A stretch of DNA of 64,000 nt from Candidatus Saccharicenans subterraneus (GCA_003426165.1 QUAH01000006.1:134685-198684), one strand, 5' to 3'; counted from the stretch's first letter, positions 1 to 10,163 are shown. The notes: generated by a model from the letters alone, not told the origin. Numbers and translations are program-made.

Positions 1-14
1 TAGCAGGAGGAGTC

Positions 15-2756
15 ATGACCGGAAAAAGACCATTCCCGAAAGCGTTTTTATTCTGCCTGGGGCTGGTACTGGTCCTGTTTATTGCGGGACCGCTTCCAGC
101 CCAGGAAAAAACGAAGGCTACCCAGCCCTGGGCGGTGGATGATGTGATCAACCAGGAGCGGGCCTCAGATTTTCAGATCTCACCCGACGGCACCAGGGTG
201 GTCTGGGTCAAGAACGTTCCCGACAGGGAAAAAGACGGGCGGATTTCTCACCTCTTTCTTAACTATCTCGACCGGGAACAACCGGCCATCCAGCTAACCA
301 GGGGAGCCTCTTCCGAATCCAGGCCCAGATGGTCGCCCGACGGGCAGAGGATTGCCTTCCTGAGCAGCCGGACCGAGCCCTCGACCGGGACGGCGAAAGA
401 AGACGAGAGCAAGGGGCAGCAGCTGTGGCTGCTCGACCTGAGGGGCGGGGAACCATGGAAAGTAACCAGCCTGGAATTCGGGGTCATTGGCTACGACTGG
501 CTCGATAACGACCATTTCCTGATACTGGCCAGGGAGCCGAAAACACTGCGGGAAATAAAAGAGAAAGAAAAGAAAGATGATTCCATAGTCTATGAAGACC
601 AGGAGCATATGATTCCACATCGTCTATTCATGTATTGCCTCAAGGAAAAGACCTGGCACCGCCTGACCGAAAACAACGACCAGATAACCAGTTTTGCCCT
701 CTCCCCGGACAAGAAACTGGTCGTAACCAGGAATAACCAGAGCCTGAGCTATGAAGTGGACAAGAGGGTCAAGCCAAAATATTTCCTGGTAAACCTCCAG
801 GACAGGTCCAGCCGGGAAATTTTTCCCGACCCCCACTTCAAACCAACCGGCATTTACTGGGACCCCAACAACCAGGGCTTTTACTTCACGGTGATGAAAA
901 CCGTGGACCCGGTTAACGAAACCACCGGAGCTGAATTCCTCTACTACTATGACCTGAAAAGTGCGACGCACCGTGAAATCGACCTCGACTGGGATTGGGG
1001 TCTGATGGGAATGGGTCTGGAGGTCAGGGATGACGGTTTCATCGCCTTCCTGGCCAGCGGCGCGGTCCCCAGGTGGCGCCGCTACTACCGCCAGGGAGAA
1101 AATTTCACCCATAAAGAACTTGAAGGCAACCACTATCCGCACCTTTTCAACCTGACCCTCCAGGAAAAGGGCAACCGGCTGGTCTATGCCCACACCACTG
1201 CTTCCAGGACGCCTCAGTGGTTTGCCGGCCTGCTGGAAGATAACAGGATAATTAACGAAAAGCAGCTGACCGAACTCAACGGGCACCTGCAGAATAAAAA
1301 GATGGCCCGAACCGAAGTGATTAAATGGAAGGGGGCCCTGGATGACGAGATAGAAGGAATCCTCTATTATCCCCATGACTACCAGCCCGGCCGGAAGTAT
1401 CCCCTGTTCCTGAACATCCACGGCGGCCCCATGGGCATAGATATGGATGCCTTCGAAGAGTCATACGCTTACTATCCGAATATTCTGGCCCAGAAAGGCT
1501 GCTTTGTCCTGATGCCCAACTACCACGGCTCGATGGGTTACGGCCAGAAATTTGCAGAATCCATTCGCGGGCATTACTACGAATATGAACTCGAAGACAT
1601 GCTAAAGGGAATCGACCACCTGGTGGCCAAGGGACTGGTGGACCCGGACCGGTTAGGGACCATGGGCTGGTCCAACGGCGGCATCCTGAGCATCGGCCTG
1701 GCCGTCTGGACCGACCGCTTCAAGGTGGCCGGCATCGGGGCAGCCGACGTCAACTGGATCAGCGACTACGGAACCTGCGCCTTCGGGGTTAGCTTTGATA
1801 ACTATTACCTGCTCGGGCCGCCCTGGGAAAGGCCCGATTACTACATCAAGAAGTCCCCGCTGTTCCATTTCAAGGACATGAAGGTTCCGACCATCATCTT
1901 CCACGGGACCGAAGACACCAGCGTTCCGTTTGGACAGGGTATGGAGCACTACCGGGCTCTAAAAGAAATCGGCCAGGCCCCGGTACGCTTCATAATTTTT
2001 CCCGGCGAACCTCATGGTTTACGCAAGCTGAGCCATCAGCGGCGCAAGATGGAGGAAGAACTGGCCTGGTTTGATAAGCATTTCTTCAAGACCTTTCGTC
2101 CTGAAAATGAAGCCCTGAAGGAGGGCTCCCCTCTCGACCTGGCCCTAAAGGCTCAGAACTTCAGCCGGAGCGGCCGATCCTTCGGCCTGCTGGTCAAGGG
2201 CAAATTGATACCGGAAACGGTCAAATGGCAGGACCTGGAAGTCGGCCGCTTCGAGGTAACCAGGGCCCAGTGGAAAGCCTTCGACCCCGGCTATCAGTTC
2301 GAGCCGGGCACTGAGAATTACCCGGTCTCCGGAATTACCTTTGACCAGGCCCAGAAATATGTCCGCTGGCTGAGCCAGCTAACCGGAGAAAATTACCGCC
2401 TGCCCGGCGAGCAGGAAGCCCGGAGCTTGCTGGCCAGGGCCCAGGCTGAAGATAACACGCTGGACTACTGGGCAGGTTACCCGGTTAATTTTGACGACGC
2501 CCGACTGCTGGGGCAGGTCATTTCCAATCTTAAGGGGAAGGCTCCCCTGCTGCTTCCTGTCGATCGTTTTTCGCCGGCCACCGAAAGCCTGATATTCGGC
2601 CTGGGTGGCAGTGTGGCCGAGTGGACCGTGGATGCCAGTGGAAAGGGAAAGGCTCTTGGCCTGAGTGCCCTTCACCGTTCCAAGGCCACGGAAGCCTATG
2701 CCCCGCCGCCGGCCGAGTATATCGGCCTGCGGGTCTTCAAACAGGCTAAAAAATAA
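15..2756 (+). CDS. Exported S9 (prolyl oligopeptidase/acylaminoacyl-peptidase) family peptidase with C-terminal FGE-sulfatase-like domain
   Basis: Signal peptide; PD40-like repeats (ISPDG, WSPDG); HGGP; nucleophile GWSNGG; HGTED and GEPHG supply Asp/His of the triad; C-terminal EVT...PV...YRLP.E.E...G.VAEW...GLR pattern of FGE-sulfatase domains; AGGAGG RBS upstream. Confidence 0.85.
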   Translation: MTGKRPFPKAFLFCLGLVLVLFIAGPLPAQEKTKATQPWAVDDVINQERASDFQISPDGTRVVWVKNVPDREKDGRISHLFLNYLDREQPAIQLTRGASSESRPRWSPDGQRIAFLSSRTEPSTGTAKEDESKGQQLWLLDLRGGEPWKVTSLEFGVIGYDWLDNDHFLILAREPKTLREIKEKEKKDDSIVYEDQEHMIPHRLFMYCLKEKTWHRLTENNDQITSFALSPDKKLVVTRNNQSLSYEVDKRVKPKYFLVNLQDRSSREIFPDPHFKPTGIYWDPNNQGFYFTVMKTVDPVNETTGAEFLYYYDLKSATHREIDLDWDWGLMGMGLEVRDDGFIAFLASGAVPRWRRYYRQGENFTHKELEGNHYPHLFNLTLQEKGNRLVYAHTTASRTPQWFAGLLEDNRIINEKQLTELNGHLQNKKMARTEVIKWKGALDDEIEGILYYPHDYQPGRKYPLFLNIHGGPMGIDMDAFEESYAYYPNILAQKGCFVLMPNYHGSMGYGQKFAESIRGHYYEYELEDMLKGIDHLVAKGLVDPDRLGTMGWSNGGILSIGLAVWTDRFKVAGIGAADVNWISDYGTCAFGVSFDNYYLLGPPWERPDYYIKKSPLFHFKDMKVPTIIFHGTEDTSVPFGQGMEHYRALKEIGQAPVRFIIFPGEPHGLRKLSHQRRKMEEELAWFDKHFFKTFRPENEALKEGSPLDLALKAQNFSRSGRSFGLLVKGKLIPETVKWQDLEVGRFEVTRAQWKAFDPGYQFEPGTENYPVSGITFDQAQKYVRWLSQLTGENYRLPGEQEARSLLARAQAEDNTLDYWAGYPVNFDDARLLGQVISNLKGKAPLLLPVDRFSPATESLIFGLGGSVAEWTVDASGKGKALGLSALHRSKATEAYAPPPAEYIGLRVFKQAKK

Positions 2757-2770
2757 GTAAAATACCCTTG

Positions 2771-4222
2771 ATGAAGAAACTTAAGGCCGATTTCCGCCAC
2801 CGACGGCTGTTCGTTCAGCTGTTCGGTCCCGACGTTTACGCCGTTGGCGGTTTTGTCCGGGACAGGCTCCGGGGGGTCCCGACCGAGGAAGTCGACCTCC
2901 TGGTCCAGGGCCATCCCCTGGAGGAAATAGTTCAGAAATTACAACCCAACGGCAAGGTGGACCTGGTCGGGAAGAGCTTCGGGGTCATCAAGTTCACGGC
3001 GGACGGCCACACTTACGATATCGCCCTGCCCCGCAGCGATGAACCCCGCCAGGCCGCCGGGGGACAGCAACGCGGCCACAAGGATTTTATAATCCGGGCT
3101 GACCCTTACCTGCCCCTGGAAAAAGACCTGGAACGAAGGGATTTCCGCTGCAACAGCCTGGCCCTGCGGTTGTCAGACGGAACCCTGATTGACCCTTTCC
3201 GGGGCGCGGAAGACATCAAGAACCGGATAATCAGGCTGACCAATCCCGGCGCTTTTCCCGACGACCCGCTGCGGGTCCTGCGGGCAGCCAGGTTTGCCTC
3301 GGTCCTGGAATTTTCCATAGACCCGGAGATCTACCTGGTGGCCAGGGAAATCGACCTCAAGGGCCTGAGCGTGGAAAGGGTGAACGAAGAGCTGTTCAAG
3401 ATACTATTGCTGTCGCGGCGCCCGTCCCGTGGCCTTCAGGAAATGCACCGCCTTGGCGTCCTGCGCCAGCTCTTCCCCGAGCTCTATCGCCTGACCCTGT
3501 CCATCCAGGATTCGATCTTTCATCCAGAAAAGGACGAGTTCGGGCATCATACGGTCTGGGCTCACACCCTGCTTTCGGTCGACCAGGCCCGGGCCATCGC
3601 CGAAATAACCGGGCTGGAGGTTACCCGGAAACTGGCCCTGTTGCTGGCCGCCCTGTTTCACGATACCGGCAAGCCGGCCACCGCCTCCTGGGAATACAAA
3701 AAGGGCCGCCTGGTGATAACCAACAACGGGCACGACCTGCTGAGCGAAAAAATTGCCAGGAAGGTCTTCAACCGGCAAAAAATATTCTCCTGGAACGGCT
3801 ATAACCTGAGGCAGGTGGTGCCCATGCTGATCCGGCACCACCACCGCGTGTCCGAGCTGTGGCTCAACCGAAAGCTGGTTACCAGGAAGGCTTTTAACCG
3901 GCTGGCCGCGGATATAAAAGGAGAAATCGAACTCCTGGTCTACCTGGACGCTGCCGACCGGGCCGGGCGCCGGACCAGGATGCTTACCGGCCTCGATCGC
4001 CAGGCCCAGTGGCTGCTCAAAAAATTCGAGGAACTAAGGGTCAACCGGGAAACCATCAAGCCACTGATCATGGGTCGGGACCTGATCAGGCTCGGGGTGC
4101 CTCCCGGCCCCGGAATGGGGCAACTTTTGAAGAAAATATACCGCCTTCAGCTCGACAACCACTTTGAAACCAGGGCCCAGGGGCTGAAGCTGGCCAGAAA
4201 ATTAGTTCAGGAGAAAAGATAG
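2771..4222 (+). CDS. cca: CCA tRNA nucleotidyltransferase / poly(A) polymerase family protein with HD domain
   Basis: VGGFVRD, DLERRDF, DDPLRVLRAARF, ERVNEEL; HD domain (HTL...LFHDTGK); C-terminal GRDLI.LG.PPGP.MG. Confidence 0.8.
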   Translation: MKKLKADFRHRRLFVQLFGPDVYAVGGFVRDRLRGVPTEEVDLLVQGHPLEEIVQKLQPNGKVDLVGKSFGVIKFTADGHTYDIALPRSDEPRQAAGGQQRGHKDFIIRADPYLPLEKDLERRDFRCNSLALRLSDGTLIDPFRGAEDIKNRIIRLTNPGAFPDDPLRVLRAARFASVLEFSIDPEIYLVAREIDLKGLSVERVNEELFKILLLSRRPSRGLQEMHRLGVLRQLFPELYRLTLSIQDSIFHPEKDEFGHHTVWAHTLLSVDQARAIAEITGLEVTRKLALLLAALFHDTGKPATASWEYKKGRLVITNNGHDLLSEKIARKVFNRQKIFSWNGYNLRQVVPMLIRHHHRVSELWLNRKLVTRKAFNRLAADIKGEIELLVYLDAADRAGRRTRMLTGLDRQAQWLLKKFEELRVNRETIKPLIMGRDLIRLGVPPGPGMGQLLKKIYRLQLDNHFETRAQGLKLARKLVQEKR

Positions 4223-5190
4223 TGGCCATTCTGGTGACTGGAGGAGCCGGCTACATAGGTTCCCATACCGTCAAGGAACTGCTCAAAAGGAAATACGAGG
4301 TTATTGTGTTCGACAACCTCAGCACCGGCCACCGGGAGCTGGTCCCTGGCGGCCATCTGGTCGAGGCCGATCTCAGGTCGCTCGAAGAAGTGAGAGATGT
4401 TTTTCGCCGCTACCCGGTTGAAGCGGTCATGCATTTTGCCGCCCTGATGCAGGTCGGAGAATCGTACGCCGACCCCCAGAAATATTATGTGCACAACCTG
4501 GTTTCCAGCCTGAACCTGCTTCAGGCCATGCTGGAAGCTGAAGTAAAGTATTTTATTTTTTCTTCCAGCGCCGCCGTCTACGGGCAACCGCTTGAGATTC
4601 CGATCAGAGAGGGCCATCCGCTTCAGCCCATCAACCCCTACGGGGCCAGCAAGTTCATGGTGGAAAGGATGCTACCCGATTACGACCGGGCCTACGGGCT
4701 AAGGTACGTATCGCTGCGATACTTTAACGCCGCCGGGGCCGACCCCGAGGGTCAACTGGGCGAGTGGCACGACCCCGAAACCCACCTGATCCCGAACATC
4801 CTACTCCATCTGCTCGGCCGGAACCCGGGCTTCCAGGTTTTTGGTCAGGACTTCCCCACCGCTGACGGCACCGCCATCAGGGACTATATCCATGTCACCG
4901 ACCTGGCCAGGGCCCATGTCCTGGCCCTGGAAAAGTTAAAGGCGGGAGAACCGAGCCAGGTGGTTAACCTGGGGTCTTCACGTGGTTACTCGGTGCTGGA
5001 AGTGATACGGGCCGCAGAAAAGGTAACGGGAAAAAGGGTCAGCCTGAAATTCGGCCCGAGGCGTCCGGGTGATGTTCCGGTGCTGCTGGCTTCCAGCGAG
5101 AAAGCCGAAACCCTGCTGGGCTGGAAGCGGGAATTTTCCGACCTGGAGTTTATCATCGAGACCGCCTGGAAGTGGCACCTGACCCACTGA
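4222..5190 (+). CDS. galE: UDP-glucose 4-epimerase
   Basis: TGGAGYIGSH, FSSSAAVYG, YGASK, LRYFNAAGA, IRDYIHV. Confidence 0.95.
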   Translation: MAILVTGGAGYIGSHTVKELLKRKYEVIVFDNLSTGHRELVPGGHLVEADLRSLEEVRDVFRRYPVEAVMHFAALMQVGESYADPQKYYVHNLVSSLNLLQAMLEAEVKYFIFSSSAAVYGQPLEIPIREGHPLQPINPYGASKFMVERMLPDYDRAYGLRYVSLRYFNAAGADPEGQLGEWHDPETHLIPNILLHLLGRNPGFQVFGQDFPTADGTAIRDYIHVTDLARAHVLALEKLKAGEPSQVVNLGSSRGYSVLEVIRAAEKVTGKRVSLKFGPRRPGDVPVLLASSEKAETLLGWKREFSDLEFIIETAWKWHLTH

Positions 5191-5219
5191 GGCTTGAAAG
5201 TCAACCCCGGTTCTGGTGA

Positions 5220-5248
5220 TTGATTAATTAAAGCCTTGATGTTATAAA
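5220..5248 (+). promoter_or_regulatory. Putative sigma70 promoter of the lytic transglycosylase gene
   Basis: TTGATT-17 nt-TATAAA with TG extension, about 20 nt upstream of the ATG. Confidence 0.45.
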
Positions 5249-5268
5249 CATAGAACTGGAGTTATAAG

Positions 5269-6906
5269 ATGCGTCATCGTTTTTATTTTATGCTGGTAGG
5301 GACGCTGGCCGTCCTGCTGGCCTTTAATCTTTCCTGCTCCCCCACACCCAAAAAGACAACCGTGCCCAAGGCCTCCGAGCGCATCCGGGTGGAAGAGAAC
5401 AACCCGGCTCCCGAAGCGGCCCAACCCCAGGCGGCCGCAAGCTCGGGCGAAACCAACCAGGCGGCGGCTGAATCTCCTAAAACCGAACCGGAAATTCAGG
5501 ACAGCCCGGCCCAGACCGAAGAGGTCTATTCCCTAATCCAGGAAGCCCAGGTTGCCCTGGAAAAGGGCGAACTGGACAGGGCTCTGAACCTCCTGGACCA
5601 GGCCTACTCGGTGTTGCTGAGAATCGAAGCTCCGCCCGATTCCGACCTTTACCAGGAAAAGAATGACCTGAGAATCATGCTGGTTCAGAAAATCCAGCAG
5701 GTTTACGCCTTCCGGCTGCCCGCGCCCATCAGCAACCACAAGACCATTCCCCTGGTCGAAAACAACTGGGTGGAGCGTGAAATCAAGGGCTTCCAGACCG
5801 TGGAAAAGAAATTTTTCGAAGAAGCTTACCGGAGAGCCGGGCTGTACCGTCCGATGATCATGGAAGAGCTAAAGAAGGCCGGCCTGCCCGAGGAGCTGTC
5901 CTGGCTTCCCCTGATCGAAAGCGGCTACAAGCCCCGGGCTCTGTCCCGGGCCAGGGCTCTTGGTCTCTGGCAATTCATAGCCTCGACCGGTTACCGCTAC
6001 GGCCTTAAAAGGGACAAGTTCATTGATGAAAGGATGGACCCGGTCAAGTCAACCCGGGCCGCGATCAGGTACCTGCAAGAGCTTCATGACTTTTTCGGCG
6101 ACTGGAGCACGGCCATTGCTGCCTACAACTGCGGGGAAATCCGGGTTCAGAATGTCATCCGGGCCCAGAAAATCGATTACCTCGATAATTTCTGGGACCT
6201 GTTCGCCAACCTGCCCTACGAAACGGCCAGGTACGTGCCAAGATTTATCGCCACCCTGCTGATTATTGAAAATCCAGAAAAATACGGCTTCAGCCTGCCC
6301 CAGCCCGAGCCGGCCCTGGCCTATGAAACTGTCATCATTCAAAAACCCACCCGGCTATCCCAACTCGCTTCCCGGCTTGGCCTGAACCAGGACCTCCTGG
6401 TCCAGCTCAATCCAGAATTGCGGCATGATTCCACCCCGAACTACGAGTATGAACTGCGGGTGCCGCCCGGGTATGCCGAACAGACCGCTGCCTGCCTGGC
6501 CGAACTGCCCAGCTGGATCCCACCGGAAGCGGTCTTCGGCTGGCATACCGTCAGGCCGGGTGAAACCCTGGGGTTAATCGCCAGGCGCTACCGGACCACC
6601 GTTCAGGCCATCGTCCGCCTGAACAACCTGAAGAGTGCCCGGTTAATATACCCCGGGCAAAGGCTTAAAATCCCGGGCCGGGCCCAGGGCCTGACTCCGG
6701 CCGAGGATGACGGCGGAACGGCACCGGCCAGCCAGGTCCAGGGGCCAGCCGGAAATGAGAACCTCACCTACGTGGTCAAGGCAGGCGATACGCTCTACCA
6801 GCTATCCAGGAGCTTTGGCATAAGCGTGGATAAAATAAAAAAAGATAATAACCTGAGCAGCGACGTCCTGGTTCCCGGGCAGAAACTGGTCATCAAGACC
6901 AACTAG
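5269..6906 (+). CDS. MltD-like lytic murein transglycosylase lipoprotein with LysM domains
   Basis: Lipobox (NLSC); SLT motifs IESGY, ALGLWQF, AAYNCG, ETARYVP; C-terminal LysM repeats (HTVRPGETL, YVVKAGDTL). Confidence 0.9.
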   Translation: MRHRFYFMLVGTLAVLLAFNLSCSPTPKKTTVPKASERIRVEENNPAPEAAQPQAAASSGETNQAAAESPKTEPEIQDSPAQTEEVYSLIQEAQVALEKGELDRALNLLDQAYSVLLRIEAPPDSDLYQEKNDLRIMLVQKIQQVYAFRLPAPISNHKTIPLVENNWVEREIKGFQTVEKKFFEEAYRRAGLYRPMIMEELKKAGLPEELSWLPLIESGYKPRALSRARALGLWQFIASTGYRYGLKRDKFIDERMDPVKSTRAAIRYLQELHDFFGDWSTAIAAYNCGEIRVQNVIRAQKIDYLDNFWDLFANLPYETARYVPRFIATLLIIENPEKYGFSLPQPEPALAYETVIIQKPTRLSQLASRLGLNQDLLVQLNPELRHDSTPNYEYELRVPPGYAEQTAACLAELPSWIPPEAVFGWHTVRPGETLGLIARRYRTTVQAIVRLNNLKSARLIYPGQRLKIPGRAQGLTPAEDDGGTAPASQVQGPAGNENLTYVVKAGDTLYQLSRSFGISVDKIKKDNNLSSDVLVPGQKLVIKTN

Positions 6907-6945
6907 AAGAAGTACTGACTTAATAACATAACAGGAGGGGTAAGG

Positions 6946-7866
6946 ATGACCTCTTCCAGGCAAAAAATCCTGGTCGGCCTGGCCATAAGTCTGGTGGCCC
7001 TGACCTGTCTCCACCTGCAGGCCGAAGACAAAGTGGCCCAGCTGGAAAAAAGGTTGCGTGACCAGCTGGCCGCCACCAGGGATTCACTGGACGGAGTGCT
7101 CGGGCTGGCGGTCAGAGACCTGTCGTCGGGCCAGAGTCTTTTCATCAATGAAAATGAAATTTTCCCCCAGGCCAGCTCCATCAAGATCGCCATCCTGCTC
7201 GAGGTGCTGAAACAGGCTGAAGAGAACCGCCTCAAGCTCGAAGAATTCGTGGACCTGAAACCGGAAAGCAAGGTAGGCGGCGGCCCCATTCTTAATTATC
7301 TCGGCTACCCGTCGCTTAAAATTTCAATCCGCGACCTCTGCGTTCTGATGGTCGTTCTTTCTGACAACACTGCCACCAACCTGCTCATCGACCGGGTGGG
7401 AATGGAAACGGTCAACGATCGCCTGACCTCCCTGGGCTTGAAGCAGACCCAGCTAAGGAGGAAAATGATGGACCTCAGGGCAGCCGAGGAGGGCCGGGAA
7501 AACATCTCCACTCCCAGGGAAATGTTGACCCTGCTGGATCGGGTCTGGCAGGGAAAGGTCCTGGGACCTGAACACCGGCAGCTATTCTTTGATTTGCTTT
7601 CTCTGCCCAAGGACAGCCCGCTGCAACAGGCGGTGCCCGAAGGAATCACCGTGGCCGATAAACCGGGCGAACTGGAGGCCGTGCGCTGTGATTCCGGCCT
7701 GGTCTTCCTGAAAAAACGGCCCTATATCATCTGCGTCATGACCACTTACCTGGCTCCCACGGAAGATGGCAATGCCGTAATCAGAAAAATCGGGCGGCAG
7801 GTTTACAACCACTTTGACCGGTTAGAAAGGTCGAGCGAGTACGGGCGGATAATCTCGGAAAGATAA
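6946..7866 (+). CDS. Class A beta-lactamase-like serine hydrolase (PBP-A-like), exported
   Basis: Signal peptide; SxxK (ASSIK), SDN and KPG motifs; no obvious Glu166 omega-loop motif. Confidence 0.8.
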   Translation: MTSSRQKILVGLAISLVALTCLHLQAEDKVAQLEKRLRDQLAATRDSLDGVLGLAVRDLSSGQSLFINENEIFPQASSIKIAILLEVLKQAEENRLKLEEFVDLKPESKVGGGPILNYLGYPSLKISIRDLCVLMVVLSDNTATNLLIDRVGMETVNDRLTSLGLKQTQLRRKMMDLRAAEEGRENISTPREMLTLLDRVWQGKVLGPEHRQLFFDLLSLPKDSPLQQAVPEGITVADKPGELEAVRCDSGLVFLKKRPYIICVMTTYLAPTEDGNAVIRKIGRQVYNHFDRLERSSEYGRIISER

Positions 7867-7875
7867 GCTTAGGCC

Positions 7876-9015
7876 CTACCACTCAGGGATAACCGGTTCC
7901 ACTCCCAGGCCAGGCTTATCGGTCAGCAGCCAGCGGTCGCCTTCCAGGGTCAATCCCCGGAACGGGTCGTTGTTTATCAGTATATTTCCGTCAAGGTCGG
8001 CATAATCAAAGAGCGGGGTCAGGGTGGTCGCGGCGGCGATGGCCAGGCTGCTCTCAATCATGCAGCCGATCATCAGCTTCAACCCGTGGGCCCGGGCCAC
8101 GGCCACCAGCCGCAGGGCCTCCTGCAGCCCGCCGCATTTCATCAACTTGATGTTGATGCCGTGGAAAGCTGAGGCCAGGGCCGGGACGTCCTGAATCTTG
8201 TGAACGCTCTCGTCGGCCATGATGGGAATCTTCACCCTCTCCTTGAGCCAGCGAAGGTCTTCCAGGTTATCAGCCGGCATCGGCTGTTCCACGAACTCCA
8301 CTCCGCGCTCGGCCATCCAGTTGATCATCTCCAGAGCCTGCTGGCGATCCTTCCAGCCCTCGTTGGCATCGACAACGAGCGGCCGGTCGGTCACCTCCCT
8401 GATGCCTTCAATATGCTTCTTATCATCGGGTACCCCGGCCTTGATTTTGAGCCGGCGGAAAGCCGGAACGGACTGGGCGGTCTTCTGCATGACCTCAGCC
8501 GTATCAATGCCAATGGAAAAGGTCGTGGGCAGGGTATTATTGCGGTCCAGGCCGAAAAACCTGTAAAGCGGTATCCCCAGGCTCTTGGCCACCCAGTCCA
8601 TGATGGCCATGTCCAGGGCAGCCTTGGCCGCGTTCTGTCCCGGAGCCAAGGCCTCCAGCTCCCGCCAGCGGTCCTGGTACTCCCAGAGGTCTCTTTCCAG
8701 AACCGGCAGGGCCCGCTGAATAAATTCCTGGTTGCTCTCGGCGCTTTCGTTGTACCTGGGGATGGGAGCCGACTCTCCGTAAGCCACCACCCCATCCTTC
8801 TCCAGCCTGACCAGGACATTCCTGCGGGTATTCCAGGTGCCACGGGACAGGGTCCAGGCCTGCCGCAGCTGAAGTTCATAGATGGTGGTGCTGAGCCTGA
8901 GGGCACTCCTTCTGGTCTCGACCTCTTTCTCCTTCTTAACCTTACCCTGGCAGCTTCCAATCATAGAAGAAGCTATTATCAAGCCGCTGGTCTTTAAGAA
9001 CTCTTTTCTTTTCAT
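7876..9015 (-). CDS. Dipeptide epimerase (L-Ala-D/L-Glu epimerase family, enolase superfamily)
   Basis: KIK, DANEGW, EQP, ADES, IKLMKCGG, GCMIES, DLD motifs; N-terminal Tat-like lipoprotein signal. Confidence 0.9.
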   Translation of the reverse strand: MKRKEFLKTSGLIIASSMIGSCQGKVKKEKEVETRRSALRLSTTIYELQLRQAWTLSRGTWNTRRNVLVRLEKDGVVAYGESAPIPRYNESAESNQEFIQRALPVLERDLWEYQDRWRELEALAPGQNAAKAALDMAIMDWVAKSLGIPLYRFFGLDRNNTLPTTFSIGIDTAEVMQKTAQSVPAFRRLKIKAGVPDDKKHIEGIREVTDRPLVVDANEGWKDRQQALEMINWMAERGVEFVEQPMPADNLEDLRWLKERVKIPIMADESVHKIQDVPALASAFHGINIKLMKCGGLQEALRLVAVARAHGLKLMIGCMIESSLAIAAATTLTPLFDYADLDGNILINNDPFRGLTLEGDRWLLTDKPGLGVEPVIPEW

Positions 9016-9125
9016 AACCTCCTCCCATTAATTCCAATATCTTAAACCAAAAGCAGCCCGGCAACAAAAGATTTTTTTTGAGGGCCAATAATATTATAAT
9101 GGCCTCAAAGGAGGTCAGACCGGAT

Positions 9126-10031
9126 ATGAAAAAATTCATAATCTTAACCGCTTCAGCCATCATCCTTTTAATATCTTTTAATTCGTGCCAGAAGGTGCAA
9201 CAGACAGCCACGGCCGGGGTAATCATAAACCCGGTAGAAAACATGTATTCCAGAGCCGACGACCAGGCCGACGTGGTCAGCCAGGCCCTGCTGGGCACAA
9301 CCGTCAAGATCCTGAAGAGCGAAAGGGATGCTAAAGGCAATACCTGGTACCAGATAGAAACGCCGGATACCTACCAGGGCTGGGTTTACGGACGGGCCCT
9401 GCGACCCTATGGCCAGGATGAAAAAGCCTATGCTTCAGAAGGCCAGGTCATAGAAATCACCAGCCTGTTTGCTTACCTTTACTCCGGGCCTGACGTCACC
9501 AAGCAGAAACCGCTGCTGTTCGCTCCCATCAGCTCGGTCCTGGTCCTGGAAAAATTCGAAGGGCGATGGGGCGAAGTTATATTGCCCGACAATCGCAAGG
9601 CCTTCCTCCAGATGGGCGACGGCCAGGTCAAGCAGGCACCTTTCCAGAGACCGCGCCTGAGCCCGGAGCAGATGGTGGAACTGGCCAGGAGGTTCCTCGG
9701 GCTGCCCTACTTCTGGGGAGGCACCAGCCCTCTGGGCCTCGACTGCTCCGGCTACGTCCAGCTCATTTACCGCCTGAGCGGGCTGGAAATCCTGCGGGAC
9801 GCCGATATCCAGTTCACCAAGTCCGGGCTGCTGGAAGTGCCCAGGGGCCAGGAAAAGACCGGGGACCTGGTCTTCTTCGGGCGCAAGAGCATAAGCCACG
9901 TGGGAATGATGATCAGCGAGCGGGAGTTCATCCACGCCACCACCAACCAGAAGCCGATGGTGCAGATTTCCAACCTTTATGATGACTACTGGCAGAGTAT
10001 CTACCAGGGAGCCCGCCGTCCCAAGGATTAA
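9126..10031 (+). CDS. SH3b + NlpC/P60 (C40) peptidase, YkfC-like gamma-D-glutamyl dipeptidyl-peptidase
   Basis: AAGGAGG RBS before ATG 9126; signal with Cys (FNSC); SQALLG..V, YQGWV; PYFWGG, DCSG, RDA..Q, GDLVFF, HVGM, FIHA. Confidence 0.88.
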   Translation: MKKFIILTASAIILLISFNSCQKVQQTATAGVIINPVENMYSRADDQADVVSQALLGTTVKILKSERDAKGNTWYQIETPDTYQGWVYGRALRPYGQDEKAYASEGQVIEITSLFAYLYSGPDVTKQKPLLFAPISSVLVLEKFEGRWGEVILPDNRKAFLQMGDGQVKQAPFQRPRLSPEQMVELARRFLGLPYFWGGTSPLGLDCSGYVQLIYRLSGLEILRDADIQFTKSGLLEVPRGQEKTGDLVFFGRKSISHVGMMISEREFIHATTNQKPMVQISNLYDDYWQSIYQGARRPKD

Positions 10032-10120
10032 AGGGCCTGACTTTAATTCAACCCCGGGAGGAGGCCAGTGTCCTTTATGGAGCCTGGCCGGACTGCAATA
10101 ACAAGGATGGATTGGACTCA

Positions 10121-10138
10121 GGCCCGAAGGTTCGGGCC
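10121..10138. terminator. GC-rich hairpin between convergent NlpC/P60 gene and rplQ (possible terminator or 3' stabiliser)
   Basis: Inverted repeat GGCCCGAA-gg-TTCGGGCC; no clear U-tract. Confidence 0.3.
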
Positions 10139-10163
10139 GTCAGTATTCAGGACAGAAAGGAAA

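Noticed and set aside
6946-7866. Possible antibiotic-resistance class A beta-lactamase
   Set aside because: No recognisable Glu166 omega-loop motif, KPG instead of KTG, and a cell-wall gene context; more likely a PBP-A-like peptidase
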